Of a DNA stretch of 59,487 bases, positions 19,201 through 28,152 are shown one piece after another. Numbering within the stretch: position 1 is the first letter of the stretch; the number at the start of each line of letters is the position of its first letter. Made by a program: the position numbers and the translations under genes. The stretch comes from a virus, in the IMG/VR virus record IMGVR_UViG_3300027896_005002, positions 1-59,487 of that record; one strand, 5' to 3'. Under the pieces are notes generated by a model that had not been told where the DNA came from, ran no database searches, and was given only the letters and a program-made list of their open reading frames with translations.

Positions 19201-19261
19201 TACTATCATAACATGATATTAGATTATTAAAATTGCAGGTGGGGATTATAATTGAAATCAT
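16202..19261 (-). CDS. Five-domain carbohydrate-modifying enzyme: GT2 glycosyltransferase, class-I SAM methyltransferase (TylF/CmcI-like), GT2, GT2, class-I SAM methyltransferase
   Basis: Seen in sequence: three GT2 signatures, SIIIPTCNF..LIVVANGCDN..ILLNDDIIL, FSIIIPTCAS..VIVSANGCDN..LILLDDDSLL and YSIVIPTYNH..IIVVANGCKDN..ILLNNDTIL..GGGEDIDF. An internal methyltransferase-like region is CECITEFGVRGVFSTYAFL...LLFIDTLHTY. A C-terminal Methyltransf_11-like domain is LNLGSGGVEFPGYISVDKYD...ILASHLLEHI...LKPGGKLVIEV. Confidence 0.8.
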   Translation of the reverse strand: MISIIIPTCNFNNLISCYDSIVKYTDLDNVELIVVANGCDNVRSDLQNTKIIQFEQPIGYTKAVNIGLKNSLGDFIILLNDDIILLEQPKNRWIEILKNPFIECANIGITGPIKFIWDCGGINRTSIAFWCCMFQRSLVNEIGFLDENFNPGMGEDGDFSLRAELIGYRLVQVPNDGSKQFGEGVTDYSFPIYHEGNGTFNKVDMKNEIIQRNNKILEDKYASRLEKIYNIALNHECDINKLFPTLRKYACRCECITEFGVRGVFSTYAFLVAKPIKMTSYDIYTCENIHEAIDVAKENGIDFKFIEHDVLTTEIEETDLLFIDTLHTYKQLSQELTLHANKVRKYILLHDTTKYGQEDEVQTNLDRKGLQLAVQDFLQTNDNWEMDFEIIGSNGLIVLRRRPKFSIIIPTCASNDVISDCLNRVFQFTNLIDKEVIVSANGCDNAAITHLESLKRRITLIDHHKKVGVPIAVNSAAIASRGSYLILLDDDSLLLPQEVDSWISKLYEPFLNDKLTGATGIFIADYPFLGLALHSGCAMYPKYIWDQINGFDCNFGIGYLSDTDFSLRISKAGYSIVPIGLKNDFPLYHPSSPTTIDKKQKNVSTMRYNRNILYSKHQKKPKYSIVIPTYNHLEDCLKPCLDSIKKFTKLDDVEIIVVANGCKDNTADYIDSLGHPFKLIWYDDGLGFTKATNIGIKAAVGDYIILLNNDTILLDKGLLHNAWIDILVHPFLNDETVGITGPLQLYDNYAGYDVMIFFCVMIRSKVFDKIGLLDESYSPGGGEDIDFCVKAQIAGYKQVVVPDNDLIFTFTNEGRFPIYHIGEGTFSVKEFPEYSTHVIKVNGMKNMLRYNKHIKLNLGSGGVEFPGYISVDKYDMRALIIADVYELDLPENSVEEILASHLLEHINPYKVVEVLNNWKRILKPGGKLVIEVPNIEELCKMFVTADKKTRYGILNCFFCPVNTTDKGGQGDITSPHLWGWYPEMLWDHLTWAGFTDIQIMPEQIPHPLINFRAEAKKSV

Positions 19262-19301
19262 ACATCTCTCTCTGAAGAATTTTAATTTATTTAATTTATT
19301 G

Positions 19302-19335
19302 AAAAAAAAGAGAGCGGTTAATAACCGCTCTCTTT
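19302..19335 (-). terminator. Strong rho-independent terminator for the minus-strand late transcript (10-bp perfect stem AAGAGAGCGG/CCGCTCTCTT, 7-nt loop, U8 tail)
   Basis: Seen in sequence: plus strand gaaaaaaaaGAGAGCGGttaataaCCGCTCTCttt, about 20 nt downstream of the stop of 19354..20226. Confidence 0.8.
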
Positions 19336-19353
19336 AACAATCTCTCAGAAATG

Positions 19354-20226
19354 TTATCTTGTAACCAAAATCTGAGATACACCTCTTGGGTTCCAAATAC
19401 CAATCCCAATTTGTTCGAAGATACTCCAGCCGATCAGGCGGCTGTCAGGATCATCAGCTGGAAGAACAGTGATGTCGATACGTTGAGGCATAATTCCTAA
19501 GAATTTTTCCTCTGTGCATACATAAACTGTTCCAATAGGTACGATACGTGATACAATGATTTCAGCACCCCAAAGCATTGCCATAAGACCAGTAGCCAGC
19601 AAGCTTTTCTGAGTGACTGGATCGAGTTGATCACGACCCCATTTTCTGATGTCACTATAGTCACGAGCATTCATGAACATGCGAGCAACTCGCAAGTCAT
19701 GTTTTTCAACTTCTGCCATAGCATCAGCGAGAGAGTCACGATCGAGAGAACCAGCAGCGTTCGTTACAGCATTGAAAGCAACGCCAGTTGTCGGATCGAT
19801 CTGCGTTAGAGCAACATCAAAGGCAGCAAATCCAAGTTCATCTTCAGCAGCCTGAATTTCCTGTTTTGCTTTGTCCTGAGCACGGTCAATCAGATTATAA
19901 CGTCTTTCCTTTACCTGTGTGAATGGAATCTTGGGATTTGAACCAAGTTCGAACAACGGTATAAGAATACGTTTTCCTTTAACGATCGTTTCTGGTGTTT
20001 GACCTTCTTCAGAGATTACGATAGCCGGAACATTGATGTCCTTATCGTAATAAGGAAGTGCGCCTTGAGGAAGAGGATCAACTACGATTGCTCTACGAAA
20101 AACGCCTTCGTAGTCAAGTCTTTCACGCAGAGGGTTTTGCATCGAAGCAGCAAGTTTCATTTTACCTTCTGCTGTTGAAAGGAGCTTATTAATAACAGCT
20201 TCTTTTTGTGCAGGATTGAGTTTCAT
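19354..20226 (-). CDS. Putative major capsid protein (HK97-fold size class, 290 aa)
   Basis: Inference from position: it is the last gene of the terminase-portal-scaffold block. It has a strong AAGGAGA Shine-Dalgarno, GC content markedly higher than its surroundings, and the strong terminator follows immediately. I did not verify a capsid-fold motif. Confidence 0.5.
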   Translation of the reverse strand: MKLNPAQKEAVINKLLSTAEGKMKLAASMQNPLRERLDYEGVFRRAIVVDPLPQGALPYYDKDINVPAIVISEEGQTPETIVKGKRILIPLFELGSNPKIPFTQVKERRYNLIDRAQDKAKQEIQAAEDELGFAAFDVALTQIDPTTGVAFNAVTNAAGSLDRDSLADAMAEVEKHDLRVARMFMNARDYSDIRKWGRDQLDPVTQKSLLATGLMAMLWGAEIIVSRIVPIGTVYVCTEEKFLGIMPQRIDITVLPADDPDSRLIGWSIFEQIGIGIWNPRGVSQILVTR

Positions 20227-20297
20227 TTAGTGTCTCCTTTAAAAATTCTATTCTAATGTTAAAAGTCAGTAATTAATCCCATATAGCAATTAAGCTA

Positions 20298-20816
20298 TTA
20301 TATAATAGTATTGAATCCTAAGAATGGGTTAGTTGCTGACGGAGCTTTTGTTACATAACCAACGATCATTGAACCAGTATTTTCTGTAGTTAACAAACCG
20401 AAATTTGAAACATACAGAGGTAAACCAATAGAGTTTACCCATGCAACACCAAGTGCTCCACCGGCTTCTGTCACTGTTTCATAAATATCAGTCTCATATG
20501 ATCCAGGACCTGTCATAACAGTAACTTTTCCAGATGCAACTGCAGGTGTATTTTCAAAAGCCTGACCAGCAGCGTCATTAAGGAAAAAACCAATGACTTG
20601 CGGAATGTCACCTGATGCTGTATTATCAGCAGAAATATTTACAGTGTAGCTATCAACCATCATTGCAGCCATTCCTGCCATTGCTCCGGCAGGAGCATTA
20701 ACACTAATACGACCAAGTGGTCGCGTAGCTTGAGCTGCTGTATTCGGACGAGTGAAACCAGTAGCTGCAAGATTGTACAGCGTGTTTCTATTTCCAGGGT
20801 ATTTAATAATTAACAT
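20298..20816 (-). CDS. Putative capsid-associated protein (decoration or minor capsid; Ala/Gly-rich, 172 aa)
   Basis: It lies between the scaffold and the putative capsid gene, with a GGAGGA Shine-Dalgarno and higher GC. The function is inferred from synteny only. Confidence 0.35.
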   Translation of the reverse strand: MLIIKYPGNRNTLYNLAATGFTRPNTAAQATRPLGRISVNAPAGAMAGMAAMMVDSYTVNISADNTASGDIPQVIGFFLNDAAGQAFENTPAVASGKVTVMTGPGSYETDIYETVTEAGGALGVAWVNSIGLPLYVSNFGLLTTENTGSMIVGYVTKAPSATNPFLGFNTII

Positions 20817-20848
20817 TTCATCCTCCTATAGTTTGTCTTAATAAAAAA

Positions 20849-22675
20849 TTATTCAGTCTTACGCCATAGACTTTCGAGTTCTTGAACCTGTGAATCGCCA
20901 GCCATATCATTATGTTCGATTCTATCAGAAGCAACTTTTGTATGACCTTCATTGGCAATTTTCTTAGTATCTTTTTTTCCAGCTTCTTTGTCAGTGTCAT
21001 CCGGTTCAATTTCACCAACGTCGTCTGCTTCATCTTCATCAATGTCACCAGCAACTGCAGCATTAATTTCCTCATCGGATGGCATTGCATCGTCTGCATC
21101 ACCTGCAGGTTCTTCACTTGCTTCTTTTGTATCTTCATCCAATAAAGAGGCCAAAGGATCATCATCTTTCGGAGCATCTATAACATCGTCAGTTTTCTTA
21201 GCATCTGAATCATCAGCATCTGTAGCGGCTTTAATTTCTGCTGTCATTTCTGGTTTAGCAGCGTCTTCTACTTTGCCAGTATCTACACTTGCAACAGCAG
21301 GTTCAGCTGTCTTGAAACTTTCCATTGACTCTATCGGTTTTGCATCATCATCGCATTTTTTACCATCATCACCACATTTTTTTGCATCGTCATCATCATC
21401 ACTTGTTTTCGCCATTGAAGCTTCAACTGTTGATGCAAGTTGTTCAGCTTCATCAGCTATTTCATCTTCTACATCAGCTTCATCAGTTTTGCCTTCAGCT
21501 TCAAGATCGTCAGCTTTCTTTCTGTGTTCAGCTGCAATCTTTTTATAAATGGAAGCAGCTGCTGCATATTTTTCATCGTCGTCATCTTCATCATCTTCTT
21601 CATCATCAGCAGTCTTAGTAGCTATTACGCTGTTTGCCATCTGTTCTGCTTCACCGGCAATTTCATTTTCAGTTACGGCAGCTTCTTTGTTTCCTGCAGT
21701 TTCAAGTTCTTCAGCTTTTTTCTTATGATCTGCTGCAATTTTCTTATAAATAGCTGCTGCAGCTTCAATTTCCATATCTTCATCAGAAAAATCATCATCA
21801 TCAAATTCATCTTCTTCATCAACATCATCAATTAATTCATTGTCACCATCACCAACATCATCAGGACTTTCATCACTTGCAATTTTCTTTCCTTGAGCAT
21901 CTACACCTTTTGGTTGATCTTTAATTTGAGCAGCAACATCAGTAGATGTTCCTTTATCAGCTTCAGCTTTGTACTGAGCATATTCATTAGCGACATTAAA
22001 GGCTTCTTTCGCAAGTGATTCACATCTTGCAGCTTTTGAATCTTCTTCATCAGCAGTATCTTCATCACCAGATACTTCAGCATCTTCAGCGGCTTGACGA
22101 TGTAATCTTGATTTTCTAGCAAATCTTCGGCCAGCAGTAGCAGCATCATCTTCAGAAGCATAAAGTTTAATGCCGGCAACTTTCTTTTCAAGTAATGCAA
22201 CTTCTTCTGTCGACATTGCCGTAATTTTCATTGCTTCCTTTTTAATCGTTTCAGCATCATTTGCAATCTTATTCTGACCAACTAATGTTTTTACAATTGC
22301 AAGTGCTCTGCGAGCTTTCTTTTCAACCATTGCTTCTTTTTCAAGCTTAGCAATCTTTTTCTTTAAATAAATATTCTCATCAGCGATAGAAGCTTCTTTT
22401 ACTGATTTACCTTTAGCATCAGTATTAACAGCTTTTAAAGCTACACTTTGTTCTTCGCCCTTTGTATCTACATCAGGTTCTGCACCTGGATTTGTCATCT
22501 GCTTAGCGCATTTTGCATTCAACTTTGTAACTAAACCAGCAGCAAATTCTTTTGCTGTCTTTGTCTGAAAAGTATCTGCCCCTGCACGAATAATTTTTGT
22601 CACGCTACCATTCTTTAATAGCTGAATTCGATCGCCAGAGGTATGCACCCTTGCGGTCCATAATTCATTACTCAT
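20849..22675 (-). CDS. Putative scaffolding protein (608 aa, very acidic, coiled-coil, internal ~60-aa tandem repeat)
   Basis: Seen in sequence: AAGGAGG Shine-Dalgarno; Asp/Glu runs (DDEEDDEDDDDE). Repeats are AAAAIYKKIAADHKKKAEELETAGNKEAAVTENEIAGEAEQ and AAASIYKKIAAEHRKKADDLEAEGKTDEADVEDEIADEAEQ. It sits between the portal and the capsid gene. Confidence 0.55.
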   Translation of the reverse strand: MSNELWTARVHTSGDRIQLLKNGSVTKIIRAGADTFQTKTAKEFAAGLVTKLNAKCAKQMTNPGAEPDVDTKGEEQSVALKAVNTDAKGKSVKEASIADENIYLKKKIAKLEKEAMVEKKARRALAIVKTLVGQNKIANDAETIKKEAMKITAMSTEEVALLEKKVAGIKLYASEDDAATAGRRFARKSRLHRQAAEDAEVSGDEDTADEEDSKAARCESLAKEAFNVANEYAQYKAEADKGTSTDVAAQIKDQPKGVDAQGKKIASDESPDDVGDGDNELIDDVDEEDEFDDDDFSDEDMEIEAAAAIYKKIAADHKKKAEELETAGNKEAAVTENEIAGEAEQMANSVIATKTADDEEDDEDDDDEKYAAAASIYKKIAAEHRKKADDLEAEGKTDEADVEDEIADEAEQLASTVEASMAKTSDDDDDAKKCGDDGKKCDDDAKPIESMESFKTAEPAVASVDTGKVEDAAKPEMTAEIKAATDADDSDAKKTDDVIDAPKDDDPLASLLDEDTKEASEEPAGDADDAMPSDEEINAAVAGDIDEDEADDVGEIEPDDTDKEAGKKDTKKIANEGHTKVASDRIEHNDMAGDSQVQELESLWRKTE

Positions 22676-22895
22676 TTAATCCTCCTTGGATTAATGTTAA
22701 CCCTTGCTGTTAAATTTCCAATCTTTGTTGTAAATCAAAGCATCAATGATTTATGTAATCAGAAGTAAAATTAAAACAATTGAAACTCTGGTTGAATCAC
22801 AATAACCGACATTAATCGAGTTACGATTTAATTTTATTAATTTTTAAGTAAAATAAGATGTGAAAAAATATAAGATTTGATCAAATAAGTAGTGA

Positions 22896-24581
22896 CTACC
22901 ACATTGTAGCATCAACGTCAATATTTATATTGTCATCTTTTATAGATGCTTGAAATTTAAATAAAGTATTGTTAAGTTTCGTATTTATACAAAAAGATTT
23001 ATCATATTTTCTGCTTGCTTGTTTGGGCTTAATACACATAATATCATGTTGCACATTATCAATATGATTTTCATATTTATCTAAAAGTTGTGCTTGCTTT
23101 TCATTCCAATTAGCTGATTTAAATTGATAATATCGTCCATTCCACTTTCCAGAAAAAGCAACTAATTTATTTACACTAGCCCACTTAATTTTACCTTCAG
23201 TAAACATAGATTTTGGCAATTTTTCTTTTGTTCCTAATTTACTTCCTTCAATCCATCTAACTTCAATACCATCATCATCCTTTTTTAACACTTGGAATTT
23301 ATCATCTGTATCAACAATAGTGCCTTGACGTTCAATAGATATATCATCATCAGTATATTTTTTTGCACATTTTTTCAATTGATCTTTATAATCCTGAATT
23401 GAAAACTTAGATATATTTTCGACTGGAATATTTTTAATCATGCCAACTCTTGGAAAATAAATAGCACAAGTATCAGCAACTTTTGCAATTAATCTACCTA
23501 CAGTTTTTTCTGATAAAAAATTAAATAAATCAGAAGCTTTCCTATCACTTGATGGAATATCATATCTACTATTTAATATTACTAATGATCCATAATCTTC
23601 GCATTTTGCAGTTTTCTTTTTCCCTTTTCCAGCATCAATTACAGATTCTTCTTGTTGTTCATCAAATTTCTCTAATACATTATGAGGATCAGTATAAGGA
23701 ATATCTGCATGAACATCTTCCGGTATGTAATCAACATTTTGTTCTTTTTCCGATGGATGCATAGCAGCAATTTTTGCAACTTCATTTTGAAAATCCATAG
23801 AATTTATACTCCTACATAAAATATTAGACAATAATTGCATTGAAACCTTATCTGATGCTACTAATTTTCTAAAAACAGCACCTGCAAAAGCAGGATTTGC
23901 AACAATTGAACAATCATAAAATGTATTTTTATAACATAATTCGCATGCTTTTCTATATTTACCATCAGCACACTTATATACCTGATTCTTATTTTTAATA
24001 TGTATGCAATATTCTTTTTCATCGTGTGCTACATTACCACATATAGAACATACAGTATATTTTGTCGTACATCCCATTGAAACTGCATTTGCCAAACCTG
24101 TTTCAATATTATGTACTAAATCTTCATGTCTTTTGTCAACGCAAAATAGTAGATCAATTAATACAGTATCTCCCATATCACGCGGTACAGCGTCTAAAAC
24201 TTTTCCTTTTGCGCGTTCAGGGTTTTGATCATGTTCAACATATACTGTACCATTAGTTATAAATGTCTGATAATCATTTAATAATTCATCTTTAGTCCAC
24301 GCATCACCATTTGTATTAATATATTTTTCAGTATCTTTTGTAATGTAATAATCTGAATTTGGCTCAAGATTAACAGAAGCCATGATTGTAGTATGTATAT
24401 ATATATAATTATCAGGATCAATTTGACATACTACTCTTTGATCATCAGTCGGTTCTAAATTTTTATGTATAACAATACCTTCAGCTGTCGACACTTTATT
24501 TTTTACATCGGTCCACTCTGATGCAGACTTAATGAAATTATTCGACACTATTGAAAAAATGGCACCGTGTTTAATAAACAT
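22896..24581 (-). CDS. Hypothetical head-morphogenesis-region protein with a Cys-rich putative zinc-binding centre (561 aa)
   Basis: Seen in sequence: CTTKYTVCSICGNVAHDEKEYCIHIKNKNQVYKCADGKYRKACELCYKNTFYDC. It is encoded between the portal and the scaffold, where a prohead protease or minor head protein would sit by synteny, but I saw no protease motif. Confidence 0.4.
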   Translation of the reverse strand: MFIKHGAIFSIVSNNFIKSASEWTDVKNKVSTAEGIVIHKNLEPTDDQRVVCQIDPDNYIYIHTTIMASVNLEPNSDYYITKDTEKYINTNGDAWTKDELLNDYQTFITNGTVYVEHDQNPERAKGKVLDAVPRDMGDTVLIDLLFCVDKRHEDLVHNIETGLANAVSMGCTTKYTVCSICGNVAHDEKEYCIHIKNKNQVYKCADGKYRKACELCYKNTFYDCSIVANPAFAGAVFRKLVASDKVSMQLLSNILCRSINSMDFQNEVAKIAAMHPSEKEQNVDYIPEDVHADIPYTDPHNVLEKFDEQQEESVIDAGKGKKKTAKCEDYGSLVILNSRYDIPSSDRKASDLFNFLSEKTVGRLIAKVADTCAIYFPRVGMIKNIPVENISKFSIQDYKDQLKKCAKKYTDDDISIERQGTIVDTDDKFQVLKKDDDGIEVRWIEGSKLGTKEKLPKSMFTEGKIKWASVNKLVAFSGKWNGRYYQFKSANWNEKQAQLLDKYENHIDNVQHDIMCIKPKQASRKYDKSFCINTKLNNTLFKFQASIKDDNINIDVDATMW

Positions 24582-24629
24582 CTTGTCTCCTATTAATCAA
24601 TTTTAGATTATCAATTAATAAAAGTAAAA

Positions 24630-25037
24630 TCAATCAACTGTAAAATTTTCAATTAAATCTTTTAAGGAAGTATATACATGTTTGCATATTAGATATTTGC
24701 CTGTAGGATCACGTACGACTGGTCGGCTCAAATCAGAAAATGTTCTTTCACTATATCCTTGATCAACAGCATTAAAATCAGGACCATTCCATTTCCAAAA
24801 CCTGCATGAACAACTAGCCAAAACATGTCTATTTTTTATTTTTCTTAACATGGATGGTTTAGTTAATTGTTGTGGCATATTAATTATAGTTATTCTAACA
24901 ACTTTTCCATTGACTTTATAAACCCAACGATTTCCACTGTGACGCACAAGTATTGGCTCATGCTCAGTCGCACGATTAATTATTTCAACAGGAGTATTTG
25001 ATAGTAAATAAGAAATTGTTACAGATTCTTTTTTCAT
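24630..25037 (-). CDS. Small SWIM-like zinc-finger protein (135 aa)
   Basis: Seen in sequence: the CxC...CxH arrangement SCSCRFWKWNG...LICKHV. It overlaps the portal gene end by 4 nt. Confidence 0.35.
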   Translation of the reverse strand: MKKESVTISYLLSNTPVEIINRATEHEPILVRHSGNRWVYKVNGKVVRITIINMPQQLTKPSMLRKIKNRHVLASCSCRFWKWNGPDFNAVDQGYSERTFSDLSRPVVRDPTGKYLICKHVYTSLKDLIENFTVD

Positions 25038-27610
25038 ATTGTCAATGACCTAATATCTGTTATAATGGCATCTATTGTATCTCTAAATGCTTTTCTAATA
25101 TTAGATTCATTTCTCTGAAATACTTCAATAGACTTGCTTACAACATTTTTTGGATCTAATTTTTGTGCAACTTTTCTATTTGCTGTCGACATTAATTCAA
25201 TTTTCTGAATTAATGTCTGTGCTTTTTTAGCAATATCATCACTAAATGTTCCTTTAACACTTTGTGTTGCACTAAAAATTGAATCGGTAGGACAAACTAA
25301 ACAGTGATACACTGAAGCATAAATTTGTTTCACTCTTTTTTCTATATTTTCATTTAATAAAGAATTCGCAACTTTGTTAGTTAATCCATAATAAGCTGTA
25401 GTAATTTCATTTTCAGCTGCACTCATTAATTTTCTGGAATGTTCATCAATACCAATTTTCATTAATTGTTTTGATCTATCAGATAATTCTGTTGATACTT
25501 TTTTCTGATTATCAACCAATTCTTTTACTTTTTGAGGTGATTGAAACGGCATATTATCATAACCAACAGAAATTTCCGATACCGGTTTTAAATCAACCTT
25601 TATCTCATCCTCTTTTTCTTCACTAATTGCTTGTTTTAATCTACTATCATCAAATTGTCTATCTAACATATTATCTGCAATAAACATTTTTGGTACTTTT
25701 TTATTCTGCAAATCTTTCCGCGGTGGTTTTAATTTCTTTCCAGTATCTTTTACTTCATATTTTTCTTTAGATTCCTCAACTTTTTTATTTGAATGATTTA
25801 ACTGTCGATTATGGCGACGTTGTTCTCTACTTTCAGCAGTTTTTATTTGTTCAGGTAACTGTTGATCTGGTGTTTTTGCCTGTTTTGGTACTTCATATTC
25901 AACGATTTCAATTTTTGGTTTTATTATTAATGATCCATCATCACCATAATCAATATCAAAATTCTTTGCAAATTTAGTAATAGGAACTTTACTAGACCCA
26001 AACATTCCAAAACCACCACCACCTTGATCTTCAAGTTCAATACCATAAGCGTCTGCATAAACTTTTGCAACACCAGGCCCTAAAGATCGACCAACTTCCA
26101 TCATTATTGACCGTCTTAATTCATTATACGTTGGATCTAAAACTGTATCTTCATTTGCTTTTAATCTTTCAGCAATTGATTCTTGATTTAATCCCATATG
26201 TTCTAACCACGTTCCAACATCAACTTTGCCTTCAGTTACTGCTTGTGCAAGCATTTGTTTATGTTGAGTATCATCTGTTAGATTTAATTTGTTCCATCTA
26301 ACCTTGGGATATAATAAAACTTCTTTAGGATCATTTTTAGAAGTTCCAGGAGCATATTCAATAAAATCATTATTTCTAGCTATTGGTATAAATAAATTTC
26401 GTTCAATAAATGATTCTAATACTTCTCTAAATATTGCATACCTTTGATTCAAAACTTCAAGTACAGTTTGTCCACCTGCAAATCTACCTTCACCAAGTAA
26501 AACATTTTTATTAATCATTAAACCAACTAATAAATCTTCAGTCACCCATTCTCGTTCTGTCGCTAATTGCATTAGTCCACTACTAGTTCCAACAAGTTCC
26601 CAATGTAACTCATAATTAGTAATAATTGCAGAGTCTGGATTCAACATTGCATCTTCAACTTGTTCTCTAATTTCATTTACATCTGCTCTACTAGCATAAT
26701 CTGCCCAAATTAAATGCTTTGGCGTCAAATGTCTTGTAGCAATGGCATCTTGTGACTGTCTTAATCTATCCTTATAAACTAATGTTTTGAAATTTCTCTC
26801 AATAATTGATGTTCCCCAATCAATATAATCTGCTAATTTTCTTGCCAAATGTGAAACATGAGATCCTTCACTAGGATCTGTTGACAATGGTATTTCTTTA
26901 CCAACATTTACTTTTTCAATGACATCTTCTGATAATGTTCTATATAAAGCACCTGTTTTTTCATCACTTTCTCCAGCATGTACAATATGTCTTAATTTAT
27001 CATCAGGTACCAAACTAACAGTCATTGAATTTGTCAATCCCAATTTTTCAAGATGAATATAATCAGGATTTAAACATGTTAATCTATCCCATTTTGAACC
27101 TGAAGGATTCATTTGTGCCCATGGAAATACATTACCTACTTTATAATACTCAACACCAAACATTAATAATTTGTTAAATAAGTCAATCCCAGTATTGCCA
27201 ATCATATCAACATAATGTTCTAATACTCTATTAGCTTTCTTTTTATTAACTGATGTTGGAAGATCTAATCTAATTTTAGATAATGGTAGTTCTGAATGCA
27301 TATCAACAGCAGTTGACACTAATGCATCATATTTATAAAAATAGTTGCACCAGCTATTGATTTCAATCCTATCCTTTGGAAGCATCAATGATGATGGTTC
27401 AAAATCAGGATGATAGAATGTAGGTATTGATTGTCTTATATCTGCAGCGGCAGTTTTAGCAAAATGATTTACAATTTTTATTGCCTTATTATTGTGTTTT
27501 CTAACAGGTCCTCTATATATTTCTGACTGCAATGATGGCTGAGGCTCTTTAATTGCACTATTCTTAATAGCTGCAGATTTAACAAATTTTATTTTTGGTA
27601 TTTTTGTCAT
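25034..27610 (-). CDS. Putative portal protein (about 858 aa)
   Basis: Inference from size and position, separated from the large terminase by two small acidic ORFs. The ATG at 27610 is preceded by an AGGAAGG Shine-Dalgarno; the ORF track extends to a GTG at 27619. I did not verify a portal motif. Confidence 0.5.
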   Translation of the reverse strand: MTKIPKIKFVKSAAIKNSAIKEPQPSLQSEIYRGPVRKHNNKAIKIVNHFAKTAAADIRQSIPTFYHPDFEPSSLMLPKDRIEINSWCNYFYKYDALVSTAVDMHSELPLSKIRLDLPTSVNKKKANRVLEHYVDMIGNTGIDLFNKLLMFGVEYYKVGNVFPWAQMNPSGSKWDRLTCLNPDYIHLEKLGLTNSMTVSLVPDDKLRHIVHAGESDEKTGALYRTLSEDVIEKVNVGKEIPLSTDPSEGSHVSHLARKLADYIDWGTSIIERNFKTLVYKDRLRQSQDAIATRHLTPKHLIWADYASRADVNEIREQVEDAMLNPDSAIITNYELHWELVGTSSGLMQLATEREWVTEDLLVGLMINKNVLLGEGRFAGGQTVLEVLNQRYAIFREVLESFIERNLFIPIARNNDFIEYAPGTSKNDPKEVLLYPKVRWNKLNLTDDTQHKQMLAQAVTEGKVDVGTWLEHMGLNQESIAERLKANEDTVLDPTYNELRRSIMMEVGRSLGPGVAKVYADAYGIELEDQGGGGFGMFGSSKVPITKFAKNFDIDYGDDGSLIIKPKIEIVEYEVPKQAKTPDQQLPEQIKTAESREQRRHNRQLNHSNKKVEESKEKYEVKDTGKKLKPPRKDLQNKKVPKMFIADNMLDRQFDDSRLKQAISEEKEDEIKVDLKPVSEISVGYDNMPFQSPQKVKELVDNQKKVSTELSDRSKQLMKIGIDEHSRKLMSAAENEITTAYYGLTNKVANSLLNENIEKRVKQIYASVYHCLVCPTDSIFSATQSVKGTFSDDIAKKAQTLIQKIELMSTANRKVAQKLDPKNVVSKSIEVFQRNESNIRKAFRDTIDAIITDIRSLTI

Positions 27611-27645
27611 TATGAACACCTTCCTGAACTATAGTATTTCATAAA

Positions 27646-28152
27646 TTATACTGCCCCGCCAGTATCAACAGTCGTGTTCAAATCTACTATCTTGTTAAGA
27701 CCCATTTGGTCATTCAATTGTTCAAGTTGATTTACCAATTTTTCTTGTAAACCAGTTTTTTTATCATCTACATTCTTTTCAATATCTTTTAGCTTTTTCA
27801 TTATACCACTCATATCAGCATTTTCAGTGTCTTCTTCAGCATCTTCACCTTTATCTTCATCTTTAGATTTACCTTTTTTATCAGCTACAGGCGACTTTGC
27901 CTCATCCTTTTTTTCAGGTTTTGCATCATTTTTTTCATCCTTTTTTGGACTAGCAGAATCTTCTTCTCCACCTGAAGATCCTTCCAATGTCTGTAATTCT
28001 TTTTCTATAGCATCTAATTCTTCAGGAGTTTTTGCATCCTCAATTTTTTTCTCAAGCTCTTTTATTTTTTCATCTTGTGCGCGCTTTGAGATTGCTGAGC
28101 TTTCTTTTGTTATCAAATCTTCCAGCCACGGTGGCATTTGGTTCCCTAACAT
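27646..28152 (-). CDS. Hypothetical acidic Lys/Glu/Asp-rich protein (168 aa)
   Basis: ORF; overlaps the 3' end of 28070..28450 by about 80 nt in a different frame. Confidence 0.4.
   Translation of the reverse strand: MLGNQMPPWLEDLITKESSAISKRAQDEKIKELEKKIEDAKTPEELDAIEKELQTLEGSSGGEEDSASPKKDEKNDAKPEKKDEAKSPVADKKGKSKDEDKGEDAEEDTENADMSGIMKKLKDIEKNVDDKKTGLQEKLVNQLEQLNDQMGLNKIVDLNTTVDTGGAV

Noticed and set aside
20818-21177. 119-aa minus-strand ORF overlapping the 3' end of the scaffold gene
   Set aside because: It lies in an alternative frame entirely inside 20849..22675. Its product is Lys/Leu-rich and low complexity, and it has no Shine-Dalgarno of its own. It is probably spurious.
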